64,000 nt of DNA from Blastocystis sp. Blastoise (GCA_039096225.1 JBBPEB010000031.1:50927-114926), one strand, 5' to 3'; shown: positions 1-13,179, counted from the stretch's first letter. Numbers and translations: made by a program. Notes: a model not told the origin generated them from the sequence alone.

Positions 1-3000
1 TCATCTTACCTTGAGAGACACTATCAACTACCTTAATAAAAAGAGCGTTGAAAGATCGAGCACGACTGAAAGCAACATAGAGTTGACCATGAGAGAAGAC
101 AGGACGATCTAAGTAAACACCAACTCTTTCAAATGTTTGTCCTTGAGATTTGTTGATAGTCATGGCAAAGGCTAAACGAATAGGAAATTGTCTTCTGGAT
201 ATAATAATAGGAAGATCTTCAGGATTTGAATTACAGATGATTCTTGGAATAATAACAGTTTGTTCATCAATAGTAAGAGAAGGAGGAGGATTTAAAATAG
301 TAGCAGTAATATTATTTGATCCTAATCGAGTTACTATAAGTCTAGTACCATTACATAATCCTTTAGAAGGATTAAGATTTCTTAAAAGCATAATGATACA
401 ACCTATTTTTAAATTTAATATATGAGGAGGCATTCCAGAAGGTGTTTGAGAATTGATAAACTCGATAGGATAATTTGATTCTGGATCATCTGTTTCAGAA
501 TCAAGAATAGAATCAGAAGAGATATAAGGAGTAGTAGTTCCAGAAAGAAGATTATCAACAATGAAATCATTTAAAGTACCAACACAATCATTAGTAGAAG
601 CTAATATAACAGAAGAAGCTAATCGTTTGATATCAGAATCAAGAGAAGTATTGATTCGATGTCCAAATACAGTAACACATAAATCATCATTCACAATACA
701 TTGAGGAGGAATAGGAATATAATCTATATCTAAATGATGACTAATAGTATAATTATTAGAAAGAACACCATCTCCTACTTGTAATAACCATTGTCTAAAA
801 TCATCTGCTCCTTCTAAAGCTCTCATATTTCTTGATAAATGAATGACATTATTTTTGATAGAATTCCATAAGGAACAAAACTTTATAGAAGAACTAACAA
901 TCTGAGCTTGAGTTCCTTTTCTTATAACTGGTAAACATTGTCTGAAATCTCCTCCTAATACTACTGTTTTACCACCAAAAGGAATATCTAATTCTGTATT
1001 CATTATATCACATAATAATCTATGTACTACCATAAAACAATCACCTTTCATCATAGGAGCTTCATCCCATATTATTAAATCAGCTATTCTTATTTCTTCT
1101 ACTTTTCTTCTATCTCTAGCTAAATCTATATTTGAAGTAGAATCAGGATCAACATTCAAAGGAATACCAAATTGTTTATGAGCTGTTCTACCACCTGGTA
1201 ATAAAGTAGAAGCAATTCCTGTTGAAGCTACAGGTAATACATTCTTATTATGTCCACGTAAATAACTTAATAAACTATTATATAAGAAAGTCTTTCCACT
1301 TCCACCTGGACCATCTATAAAGAAACATAACTTATCTTCTATTCTACTACTTTCTATTGAATGAATTACTCTATCAAATGCATTTCTTTGTTCTTCATTT
1401 AATAATTCTATTACTCTATTAGCTTCTTGTAATTCTAATGTAGGATTATAATTATAATCATTATAATGATGTTGTTCTTCTACTTGAGGTAATCCTAAAT
1501 CATTATAATTCACTCCTATACTTATCATCATCTCTTTTATATCTTGTAAAGTACGTATTTCATAATCTTGAAGAACACTATTAGTATCATCTTCTATAAC
1601 ACTTGATGAATCTAAATCTTGAGCTAAAGGAGTATTTATATAATCTATTTCATTATTATGCATTGAATGTTTATAATCCTCACTAAGAAATGATTTAAAT
1701 CGAATCCAAAACTCTTTCACATTTGTTAATAATGATTCTGAAATATAAGTAATAAATAATTGTCTCAATTGACATGGAGTAGCAAAAACAATAGCTTCTG
1801 AAAATGAATCAAATACTTCTCTCTCATTATTCAATAATCCTCTTGCTATAGCTGCTTCACTAAAGGTTCTATAAGGTTCATTACTATTCAATCCTTTTAC
1901 TATCTTCAAAGAATCAAAGCTATCAGCTCCTTTCGTATTCAATAATAATAATCTCAAAGCATATCGTTCCTTATCTTTTGGATTCACATAATACATTCTT
2001 CCTAAAGCTTTTATATCTCTCTGACGTCTATTCCAAGTATTTGTATTCGATTTCCATACATAATATTTTGGTATTTCATGATAAGCATAAATAGGATATT
2101 TCTCATCTAATATTTTCAATAATTCTTCGGATATATTATCATCATCTACTTCATAACTATTTATTCTATTTATCTCTTCTAAACGAACTTGAATCAATTC
2201 TCTTTCTTCTTCTACATTATTCATATTACGAATACCATGCTTCTTCTCTATATAATAATAAGTATATATCTTTCTTTGATTCTGAACTTCTTTCTCTAAA
2301 TCAAAGTATTTTGTTAATTTAGTACCTTTCTCTAAACTATTCCTTAATGCTTCTACTTCATGTCCTTCTCGAAATAATATATATGGATCATCAGGTAAAT
2401 GAATAGGTAATCTATTAATAGAAACAGAATTATAAGTAATTTCAAAACAATTCAAACGATAAGAAGCTTCAGGAGGAGAAACATATCGACAATCTAAATA
2501 AGCTTGAGTTTCATCTACTATTCCATTATCATTCACTCTTCTTAATTGAGCTATCACAGAATCATTTCCTTTTAATGCATACTTATATATATATTTTGTA
2601 CTTTGAATATTACAACAGACTTCTACATTAATATGAGCTTGATATTTCAATAATAAATAAGGATTATAAGGAACTACCCAACGATTATCAATAGTATAAG
2701 TATTATGACTACGAATAAGAGTAATAGTTCTATCAGGAATATTTCTTCTTTGATATAAAGGATAAGAATTTAAATGACAATTAGTTTGCTCTATATATTC
2801 TTTTGGAAATCTCTTACTACATTTACCTGTTGATCTATCAATACAAACACAATTCGTATCATAATCAGGACCACATGGACCATGAATCATATGTTTCTTA
2901 ACTAATTCATAAAGAAGAGGAGTTGATTCTTTATCAGGAATCTCTGCACTTATTATACTATCTACTTCATCTTCTGTTCTATATTTAGAATTCGTATCTA

Positions 3001-4551
3001 AAATAATTAATATATGAGAATGTGGTAAACCTCTCTTTTGGAATTCCACTGAATATAATAAAGCTTCTACAGTACCAAATATATTCTTATCCTTTATATC
3101 AGAAAGTAATTGTTTCAACTTTAAATGAAACACTCTTGAAACTAAATCTGGAAATTCATTAACAGTATAACCTTCTGGAATATTATTCTTTATTTCTAAC
3201 CAATCTGGATTGCAAGTAAATGTTATAAATAAATCAGGTTTACCATATTCTCGAACTACACTCATAGCATCCATATATTTCTGTTGCAAATTTCTTGGAC
3301 TACCAACAAAAGAAGAAGGTAATATAATAGCTTTACCTATTCTATCTATATTTCTATCATTCTCATTTATTTGATCTCCTCTCTCTTCTAACATATTATT
3401 TATATTCTGATAAGTTGAAGCTCTTAACTTATTTTGATTATTTCGTATATAATTAATTCTATTTTGTTCTACTCGAATATAATTATCAGTAATATATTGT
3501 AAAGTTAATTTCTTATATTTTAATAAATAATTATCATAAGGTGGATCTTTCATTTGAAGCATATAATTATAATATTCTAACATAGTAATAGTAATTTGAT
3601 TAGAACGATTCAATGATAATAAATCTGGATACCAACCTTGTCTTCCAGTTGGAAACATAACTGGATAAACCATACAATCTATATAAGAATTAGTATTCTT
3701 CATTACTATATATTGACCTGAAGTATAACGATTCTGTTCATTATTACTATTAGTAGCTACTATTTCCATACCACTTCTAGGAAAACAACAATAACTTCTT
3801 TCTGGCATTACTCCTCCTTCTCTATATTGATATATTACTGCTACTTCATCTACTTGAGGAGTATTATATCTTCTTATATCAGGTACTTCTCTTCTTTGTT
3901 TCTTAAACTCTATTAATAAATTAATATTATTTCTATTCATTTGACTATTCTCTTCTAATACTTCATCTACTCTTTCTCGAAGTGAATTATATATTTGAGC
4001 TAATGGATGATATTCTCTTATTGTACTATCTAATATCTCTAAAATATTTGGTTTTAAATCACAAAAATATCGATTCATACTTCTCATATGAGTAGCTTCA
4101 TCTCCATCTATCATATAATATTGATTGAATACAGGATGTCTTGTAGGATCATTCACATCAAAATCTAAAGCACTCTTAAAAGTATGATATATATTACCTC
4201 CACATTTAAATAGTAAAGGTCCAGAAGAATTTCTTAAATCATCATCAGAAGTATTATTTCCAGCTAAAGAAGCTAAAGCAACAGAATTATTATATCGAAT
4301 AATATTATTAATAAATTCTCTTGAATCTGGATTATCTCTTTGTAATAAAGAACGAATAGTATTAGGAAGATCAGGAAGCTCAGGAAGAACTACTTTACCA
4401 CTACCACAGCAAGTATAAAACTTATCATTCATTCCTTTCTCTAATTCAAAATGTTTAGCATGACAATATTCACAATGAACATTAAAATCACCTAAATAAT
4501 TAGCTTTATAAGTATTCAATGCTTCATTTAATACGAAATCACCATGAGAAT
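1..4551 (-). CDS. Helitron Rep (HUH endonuclease)/Pif1 helicase, main exon; runs off the left edge of the window
   Basis: Manual translation of the minus strand shows: N-terminal Zn motif CEYC..CCGSGKVVLP; LPSSFVGSPR; YGKPDLFITFTCNP; HUH motif VEFQKRGLPHSHIL (~3013-3052); KYIYKY (~2580-2600); Walker A DGPGGSGKT (~1290-1316); IIWDEAPM; GGDFRQCLPV; and QFPIRLAFAMTINKSQGQT..FSHGQLYVAFSR at the C-terminus. The frame is the same at both ends. The ORF is absent from the ORF track, as expected for an ORF with no in-window stop. Confidence 0.97.
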
Positions 4552-4595
4552 CTATATAAAATAATATAAAATAAATATTAAATATATATAAATAC

Positions 4596-5671
4596 TTCTT
4601 TGAATAGAAGCAATACAATTATGTAATCCAGGATATAATAATCTTTGTTGATTATCTATAAAAATAATTTGTTATTTAATTATTCATAAAGAATTATAAA
4701 AAATAAATAGCATACAAATATCTAAAGCTCTTCTTCTTCCTCTATTAATAATAGGATGAATAATTATATCTTCTTCAACTATAAAAAAGTATTAAATAAA
4801 TATATTTAAATAATAAAAAACATACTATTATCTGTTATAGGTCTTCTAATAGTTCTTACAACTGGTATTTCGTCATTATTTTGAGTATTACTATTAATAT
4901 TAGGAAAAGGATCAATATAATCAGAATCAGAATCATTATCAGAAAAACTACTACTACTACTACTACTACTATCACTTGAACTACTACTACTACTACTATT
5001 AGGTATTGTTGTTATAATTTCTGATTCATTATCATTATTTAAATTAATATGAGGAATATTTGTTAGAATACTTAAAGGAGGAAGAATAGGACTTAAATCA
5101 GGAATAGTTAAATAACTATTCATAATGGAATTAATAGATCTATTATTTCTATGTATTATTGTTTCATTATTATTAGTATTAGTGTTATTTCTTGAATTAT
5201 TTGTATTATCATTAATGATTGTAGAATTATTATTGTTAGATATATTTACATCAGTTGGAATAGTAGTAACAACAGGTAAAGAGTGTGAAGAAGTATTAAT
5301 AGAATCATTATTATTATTAGAAACAGAAGTATTTTTTTCTGTAGGTTGTATAATAGTAGTTGATATAGGAATAGATTGATTATTATTATTAATTTGACTT
5401 TGAACAATAGATATGTTATTAATTGATTGATTAACTGGATTCATTTGATTGAATAGGTTTGAACCATTATTTAATATAGAATTATTATTATTTATTTGTG
5501 AATAACGATTATCGATATCAATATCAATATTGTTATTTGAATTATTGTTTTGAATGTTTTGTAAAGGAATATTATTTTGAAAATTAAAAGTCGAAAACAA
5601 AGCTAAAGGTTTTGAGTTAAAACCAAATGATTTAGATAAATCATTATTATTTATTTTATCCTTATTGGAAC
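4596..5671 (-). CDS. Upstream exons of the RepHel gene (5671-4826 Asn/Ser-rich, 4778-4716, 4655-4596)
   Basis: All introns are GT-AG and phase 1. The exons are 846, 63 and 60 nt and splice in frame into the 4551 exon (..SIQR-N-SHGDF..). Confidence 0.8.
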
Positions 5672-5784
5672 CTATATATATTAATTATTAGATATTAAAT
5701 ATATTATGTTTAAGTTTAGAATAAAGTTTAGTTGTGTAGTATATAAATTAACTTTCATTGTTATAGTTGTTGAAGTATTTATTA

Positions 5785-6440
5785 ATTAATATAAAGTATA
5801 ACCTTTATTAATATAATATAATACATAGATATAGTATGATAATATATATATTAATATAAAGTATAACATTTATTAATATAATAATACATACATAAGTATA
5901 GTATGATATATTAATTAATATAAAGTATAACCTTCATCAATATAATATGATACATAAGTATAGTATGATATATTAATTAATATAAAGTATAACCTTTATT
6001 AATATAATATAAGTCATAGATATAGTATGATATATTTATTAATATAAAGTATATAACTCTTATTAATATAATATAATACATAGATATACTATGATATATT
6101 TATTAATATAAAGTATAACCTTTATTAATATAATATAATACATAAGTATAGTATGATATTATATATATTAATATAAAGTATATAACCTTTATTAATATAA
6201 TAATACATAGAATATACTATGATATATTAATTAATATAAAGTATAACATTTATTAATATAATAATACATAGATATACTATGATATATTTATTAATATAAA
6301 GTATATAACCTTTATTAATATAATAATACATAGATATACTATGATATATTTATTAATATAAAGTATATAACCTTTATTAATATAATAATACATACATATA
6401 GTATGATATATTAAATAATATAAAGTAAAAACTTTATTAA
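5785..6440. repeat. Minisatellite, ~60-65 bp unit, ~11 copies, inside the Helitron
   Basis: The anchor TAAAGTA recurs at 5792, 5857, 5921, 5983, 6045, 6109, 6174, 6237, 6297, 6359 and 6421. Confidence 0.9.
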
Positions 6441-7102
6441 TTAATAATTATCTTCAATACTATAATGTAATGAAAGATAATATTATAATTAATGAAAACT
6501 AATATTAAATAAGTATAGGTAATTAATATTGTATAATTTATTAAACAATCTATATGATTCAACCTCATAGAGGACATCTATAGCTATTGTGCTTTGTTAC
6601 AACATTCTATAAACATATAGCTAACTACCAGTTAATATCATATACAATGTGAGTAAGTGAAGAATCTTAACACTTAGATATCTCATCATTGATAGTATTA
6701 CATCGGTTAGACTATATAGAGTTAGAAGCGAACAATAGTCAGCAATAGTATGAGTCATATAGGTAATCAATAGTTGTATTAATTAAATTAAATACAAATA
6801 TTAAAATACTCAACACTATTTAATATTAAGTAATTCAAAAATTATCTTAATATCCGACACCTTCCCGTTAATCGATACGATTAAAGTAAAATTAAAATAA
6901 AAAAAAAAAATAACAAAACAAAAATGAAAAAAGAAAGGATTCTATTAAATATTTAAATACTAAGTAGCTAAAGCTAAGCTTAGTAAATAAATATATAAAT
7001 AGATAATAAAAAGAAAGCAGACAACAGAAAGCTATTATCTGTGAAAGAAAAAAAAATAATAAAACAAAAGAAAAAGAAACTAAAATAATAAATAATACTT
7101 AC

Positions 7103-8339
7103 CCACAACTTTATTTGAACCTATATAAGTATAGAATATAATATAAGTATAAATATACATTGAATAATTGAAGAATTGTTGACACCATCAACGACTGAAG
7201 AATTATTAACACCATCACCTATATATATATATACAATAGTATAAGTATAAATAAATAAATAATATTATATATATATATATATACCTTTATATATATTAGT
7301 AGTAACTATATCAAGACCAACAACAGAGTCACACGATCCCAAATTAAAAGACACACCTATATAGAATCATAAAATAGAATAAACATAGATACATATATAT
7401 ATATATATATATATATACCTTCTGAAGAAGGAATAGAAGAATGACCATGTACTAACTGAGTTGAAGGACCTATATAAAAACAAATAAGAAAGAATTAAAA
7501 GAATAATAAAAAATATATATATATGATATATCTATATACCTTTAGCATTAGAAGGATGATCACCATCAGATACAGTACCATGAACAGAAGACACTATCAG
7601 AACAGAAGGACCTATATATATTTATAAAATAAAAGTAAATCAAAAAGAAGAAAAAGAAAATATATTATATATACCTTCTTTATGATTAAGATCAGCACCA
7701 ACATTCATAGCAACAGAAGAACCTATAATAACATATAAATAGGAAATAAAAGAAATAATTAAAAATAAATAAATAAATAAATGATTACATACCTTGAAGA
7801 CCATGAGAAGAGTTAGCATCACCATCAGTAGCATCAGCAACAACATCATCATGAGTATAAGAACCTATAGATAAATAAAAATAAAAAAAAAAATAAAATA
7901 AATGATTGACAACATACCTTCAAGACCATTAGTGGAGTGTATATCATCATCAATAGCTCCAGCAACAGAGTCCACAACAACAGAAGAACCTATAGATAAA
8001 TAAAAATATAAAAATAAAAACAAATGATTGACAACATACCTTCAAGACCACTTGAAAACATTATACCATCATCAGTAAAGGACACCAAGGACAGAGAAGA
8101 GTCTAAGATAATATAAAATAATAAAACAAAAAGAAATGTATAAATATATACCTTCAAGACCATATTGATAAGCACCATCACCATCAATGACATCCATACT
8201 TGCATCCTGTTGAGTAGAAGAACCTATATATGAATAATAAAAAAAAATAAATACAATACATACTGGACCGTCTTTGAGAAACGTATTTTTTTTGATTCAA
8301 GGACCTCCGCCTTGATGACATTCTGCCTTTTCTAGGCAT
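7103..8339 (-). CDS. Micro-exon array gene (11 exons of 18-76 nt); probable 5' part of the RepHel gene or a separate Helitron accessory gene
   Basis: ATG at 8339 (MPRKGRMSSRRR..). Exons are 8339-8264, 8223-8152, 8102-8040, 7989-7918, 7864-7793, 7722-7675, 7611-7540, 7469-7419, 7356-7285, 7218-7159 and 7120-7103. All introns are GT-AG and phase 1, there are no stops, and most exons encode a (G)SS....GLEG-like unit. Confidence 0.8.
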
Positions 8340-8532
8340 CTTATTTAATAATTTAATAAAAATAAGTATTTTTATGTAGAAAACAAAAACATATTCATAT
8401 TTGAACTTTTGTAAAATAGGGACAATATTTAAAATATGCATATTTAAAAATTAATAGGAATCATAAATAACCTCGAATTTTTATTATTATCTTATGCTAA
8501 GCTGATAATAGGGACATTTTTTATTAAAAACA

Positions 8533-8548
8533 TTTTGGGTACCCAAAA
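8533..8548. promoter_or_regulatory. Conserved 16-bp palindrome TTTTGGGTACCCAAAA between divergent Helitron transcription units (also at 11924-11939 and 19224-19239)
   Basis: Identical in the otherwise diverged paralogous element. Flanked by two ATAGGGACA-like motifs about 60 and 170 bp upstream of the micro-exon ATG. Confidence 0.5.
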
Positions 8549-8892
8549 ACTATAGTTTTTTACATTTTTTAAATATTTGTTTGTATTGATTGTCTGGGTA
8601 TGTTTTATTAATTAATTTGATGTTATTTAGTTATTATTTTTATATTTATTTGTATATATTAATTTATTTATTTATAACTAGGGTCACGCCGCAGGTCCGG
8701 GGCCTAACGGCACCGGACCGCGGCTGCAATGAATAATAACTGTTTGGTTTTTATTTACTTTCTTTCCTTTTTATCTATTATATATTATATATTATATATT
8801 ATATAATATATATTATTTATTAAATATTATCTATAATATGTTACTTATTATATATTATATATTATATATTATATATATTATTTTAATAACAC

Positions 8893-8962
8893 TTCTTATA
8901 CTCTATATGGAGAGTAGCAATCATTTATTGATTGTAATCAGGTTCAATTCCTGATATAAGAA
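8893..8962 (+). ncRNA. tRNA-like four-way junction, type A
   Basis: TTCTTATA/TATAAGAA closing stem; CTCT-ATATGG-AGAG; GCAATC-ATTTATT-GATTGT; T-arm TCAGG-TTCAATT-CCTGA. Confidence 0.65.
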
Positions 8963-10459
8963 CTAAATAGATTATTTGAATAGTATCTGAAAAACTAAAA
9001 ACAATACTTGAAGAAAATAAGAAATCCTTTTTGAATCATTATATTTGTTATTTATTATTTTAAAAATATATTTTGTATTTATAAATAGTTAAATTACTGT
9101 TTTAATTATTATGGAGTTTCTAAAGGTAATAAATTTAGAAATGGGTCATAATGTTAAGTATTGAAAAATATTTTTATGTTGTAAAATCATTTTAAATAGA
9201 TTATAATAAAATAGCATAAACTTATTTTAATCATTTCATAAAAATAAAACAAATCTAACACAACAAAGTCAACATTCATTTTGACTTTAACGACTTAAAC
9301 ACAAAGTTTTTGAATTAATATTAATAAATTCAATCTAAATAGCATTTCTAAACACAAAAGTGTCAACAATATTACTTTTAGAGAGACTTTACCATTTCGA
9401 TATCAAGTGTATCAAAATAGTTTTAGACATAACTTCCACATAGTATAGATCTCATTATTTTATTTATTAATTCAAGTTTAATGTCTTGAATCTCTGACTT
9501 CAAGATCATTTTTAACACATTTTGAAAGGTTGACACACTTATAATTAATTTTAAAAGCTAATATTATAACACTATACTCATCATAACTCTATCAACATAA
9601 GAGTCACCATTTTGACACTCTTTATAAACATTTTACATTTGGTCATACACTTTGTCAAGTGTATTTTTGTCCTTTCTTTTGATATAATTTAGAATATAAT
9701 TCATAGTTTGATAAATAAAATATTTTATATTGAATCTCATCCTTTGGATAATTCATTTCTACATTTAAAAATATTAATCCCTTTAAACTTGTTTTTAAAA
9801 GTCAAAATTTTCATAGTCTAATGAAAACACAATTTTAAAAGAATATACTAACTCTTTAAAATTTCTAGACAACTCAAACACATTGTTAATTCACTTTTCA
9901 AAAATGAAATTCTCTTATTTTTTAATATGTTGTAGAATTTAGCTTATTATATATTAAACTTCTATTAGAATTTCGAATCTCCTATTTTAAGATAATATTT
10001 TTTATTTTACAACCTTAAAGTTACTTTTATGAGTTAATACGTTCACAAAATTATGTAAATATAAATGCTAGTAAACAGAGAAACTCAAAACTTAAATATC
10101 TCAATTATTGACAGTTTTAAATCAGTAATACTATACAGTGTTAAAAGTGACAATAAATGTTTTAAAATTTAATTCAAATATTTAAAAACTTGACACTATT
10201 TAACATACTAAGTATTTCAAGAATTATCTTAATAGTCGACACAATTTAAATAAAAAAAAAAAGAAAAAGAACAAAACAAAAATAGCAAAAGAAAACATTT
10301 AAATATAGAATAGCTAAAACGATAACAACAGCATAAATAAATAAATAATATAAAGAAAGCAGATAATAGAAAGCTATTAAATGTGAAAAATAATAATAAT
10401 AATAAACAAAAGAAAAAGAAAAAGAACTAAAAAAAAAAAAATCTAAACATAACCATAAC

Positions 10460-11729
10460 ACTAAGAGAACCTATATAGATAAAAGATATATATATATAAT
10501 AAGAGATAGTATAATAAATATATCTAACATATATATATTAAAAGAAATATTATAAATATTTGTTATATATATATATATATACCTTTAGATACATTTTTAT
10601 TATTAAAATGAAAGCTAACATTAGGGTGATAAGATCCCCTATTAGAAAAGACACCTATATATAATATAATAAATGATAAAATATATATAAACAATAAATA
10701 TATATATATACCTTCTAAAGAAGGAACAGAGGAATCACCATGATATCTTAACTGACTTGAAGAACCTATATATAATGAAAAGATAATTAATAAATCAAAA
10801 AAAAAGAAAGGAAGAAATAAGAATATACCTGTATCATTATTACTATTAATCCAAGACTCCATAAGAAAAGAACGACCTATATAAGATAAAAATAATAATA
10901 AACTAAATTAAATTTAAAAAGTAGACATACCTTCATCATTAATACGTTCAGCAACTACAACCACAACAGTAGAATAACCTATAAAGAAACAGTAATAGAC
11001 AAATAATAAATAAAAAAAAAATAATAATAAATGAATGACAATATATATATACCTTTAATATCATATGAGCAGTCTACCTGATCACCAACAACATCCATAG
11101 CAACATTTACATCAATAAAACAAATCTATATATATAAAAGTAAAAAAAAAAATAAATGAATGACAACATACCTTCAACACCACACAGACATCTATTATCA
11201 ACATCACTGTTAACATGTACAACAACTGAAGAACCTATATATATATAGAAATAATAAAAAAATAATAATAAAATATAAAAAAAAAATAAATGATTGGTAA
11301 CATACCATCTATAAAGCAAGAAGAACCTACATCAACACCGATATCACTATTGGAATCACTTACAATAACAGAAGAACCTATAAATAAAGAAAAGTTAAAA
11401 AAATAAAAACAAATCATTGACAACATACCTTCACAGTTAGCATAACAGGCAACACCACCACCACTGCATAATTCAAATAGCATAGAAGAACCTAAAATAA
11501 TATAATAAATAATTAAAAAAAAAAGAAATGGAAAAATATATACCTTAAAGACCATCATAGCAAGTACCACCAAGACCAAGAGCATACACAACTGGATTTT
11601 ATTGAGTAGAAGAACCTAAATATGAATAATAATAACAAATAGATATAATATACCTGATTTTCTTTGAAATATAAATTATTTTTTATTTCCAGGCCTCCTC
11701 CTGGATGACATTTTGTTGTTTTCAGACAT
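10460..11729 (-). pseudogene. Diverged, disabled paralogue of the micro-exon gene
   Basis: Same exon series (MSENNKMSSRRR.., GSS..EG units). It has in-frame TAA codons in exons 1-2 and a 73-nt frameshifting exon (11125-11053). Confidence 0.8.
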
Positions 11730-12517
11730 CTTATTTAATAATATAATATACAATTAAGTATTTGAATATGTATTTAAGAATCCTATTTCATTTGTATTAA
11801 TAAATATAATAGGGTCTATTTTCAAAATATGCTTCTTTAAACATAATAGAAATAAAAAAAAACCTTAATTTTTTATTGATTTTGTTACTAAAGTAATAAT
11901 TGGGTCATTCTTATTTAAAATCATTTTGGGTACCCAAAAAACATAGTTCTTTACTCTTTTTTTAAATATTTAATTATATTGATTGACTGAGTATGTTTTA
12001 TTTATTTATTTGATATTGTTTAGTTATTATTTTTATATATATTTGTATGTATATATTTATTTATTTAAAATAATACACTTTTCTATAGGATTCTTTTGTA
12101 TTTTCCTTGGTTGTGGTGTTGAAGTGTTCTTGAAGTGGTCTTGGCTGTGTAAAATGGTTTATTTATGATCAGGTATATAAATATATTATTTATTTCTTAA
12201 GATCTGTTTTTCTTTTTGTTAATTCGTTTTTATTATTTATTATTTTTATTATCAATATTATTTATTTAGTCTTTACATATAATTTATTCTATATATTATT
12301 AATAATTTTTATTCTATAGGAAAGAAACTTTAATGGATGTGTTGTGGTCTTCGTTGCTAAATATTTTCCTTCTTTAATCTGTCGTTCAAGGTTATTTTAA
12401 AGGTATATATTTATATTTTATTTATTATTTTTATTATTTATTGTTTACTTTTTTTTTATTATTTATTTATTTATTTATTATTTATTTATTCATTTTTTTT
12501 ATATGTTTATTTATTTA

Positions 12518-12566
<49 letters not shown>

Positions 12567-12619
12567 TGTTTATTATTTATTTATTTATTTATTTATTTAT
12601 TATGTTTATTTATTGTATA

Positions 12620-13060
12620 TAGGTTTAATATTCTTCTTAGTTTTTTTTTTTCTTCTTTCTATCTTCGTTCTTCTTCCTTCTTACTTCTTCCTTCTTCCTC
12701 ATCTTTCCTACTTACTTCTTCTTCCTTCCTTCTTCTTCCTTCTTCCTTCTTCCTATTTCCTTCTTCATTCCTTCTTCCTTCTTCCTATTTCCTTCTCCAT
12801 TCATGCTTCCTTCTTCCTATTTCATTCTTCATTCATGCTTCCTACTTCCTACTTCCTTCTTCCTTCTTCCTCATCTTTGATTCTTCTTACTTACTTCTTC
12901 TTCATTCTGGATTCTTCCTTCTTCCTCATCCTTCCTTATTCTTACTTCTTCTTACTTCCTTCTTTCTCATCCTTCTTCCTCATCCTTCCTTATTCTTACT
13001 TCTTCTTCCTAATCCTTCCTACTTCCTTCTTCCTCATCCTTCCACTTCATTTCCTTCTTA
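12620..13060 (+). repeat. CTT/CCT-rich polypyrimidine low-complexity tract (homologues at ~15810-16155 and ~20060-20405)
   Basis: Degenerate (CTT)n/(CTTC)n sequence immediately upstream of the type B tRNA-like element. Confidence 0.85.
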
Positions 13061-13112
13061 TTATATATATATAAATATATATATTTGATTATTATTATTA
13101 TTTATAAACTCC

Positions 13113-13179
13113 CTTTATGCTCTAGAAGGAGAGAAACAATCATTATAGATTGTTTTCAGGTTCAATTCCTGACATGAAG
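13113..13179 (+). ncRNA. tRNA-like four-way junction, type B
   Basis: CTTTATG/CATGAAG; CTCT-AGAAGG-AGAG; AAACAATC-ATTATA-GATTGTTT; TCAGG-TTCAATT-CCTGA; followed by a T5 tract. Confidence 0.65.

Noticed and set aside
150-425. + strand 91-aa ORF (and 5125-5379)
   Set aside because: Antisense shadows of the RepHel gene.
7285-8223. Regularly spaced repeat/spacer pattern as a CRISPR array
   Set aside because: The repeats are degenerate splice junctions and introns around coding micro-exons. The context is eukaryotic and there are no cas genes.
8893-8962. The UUA 'anticodon' in this tRNA-like copy as an ochre suppressor for the TAA codons in the neighbouring micro-exon paralogue
   Set aside because: The loop differs in other copies (UUU, or a 6-nt loop) and lacks Y32 and R37. 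The paralogue also has a frameshift, and host genes end normally in TAA.
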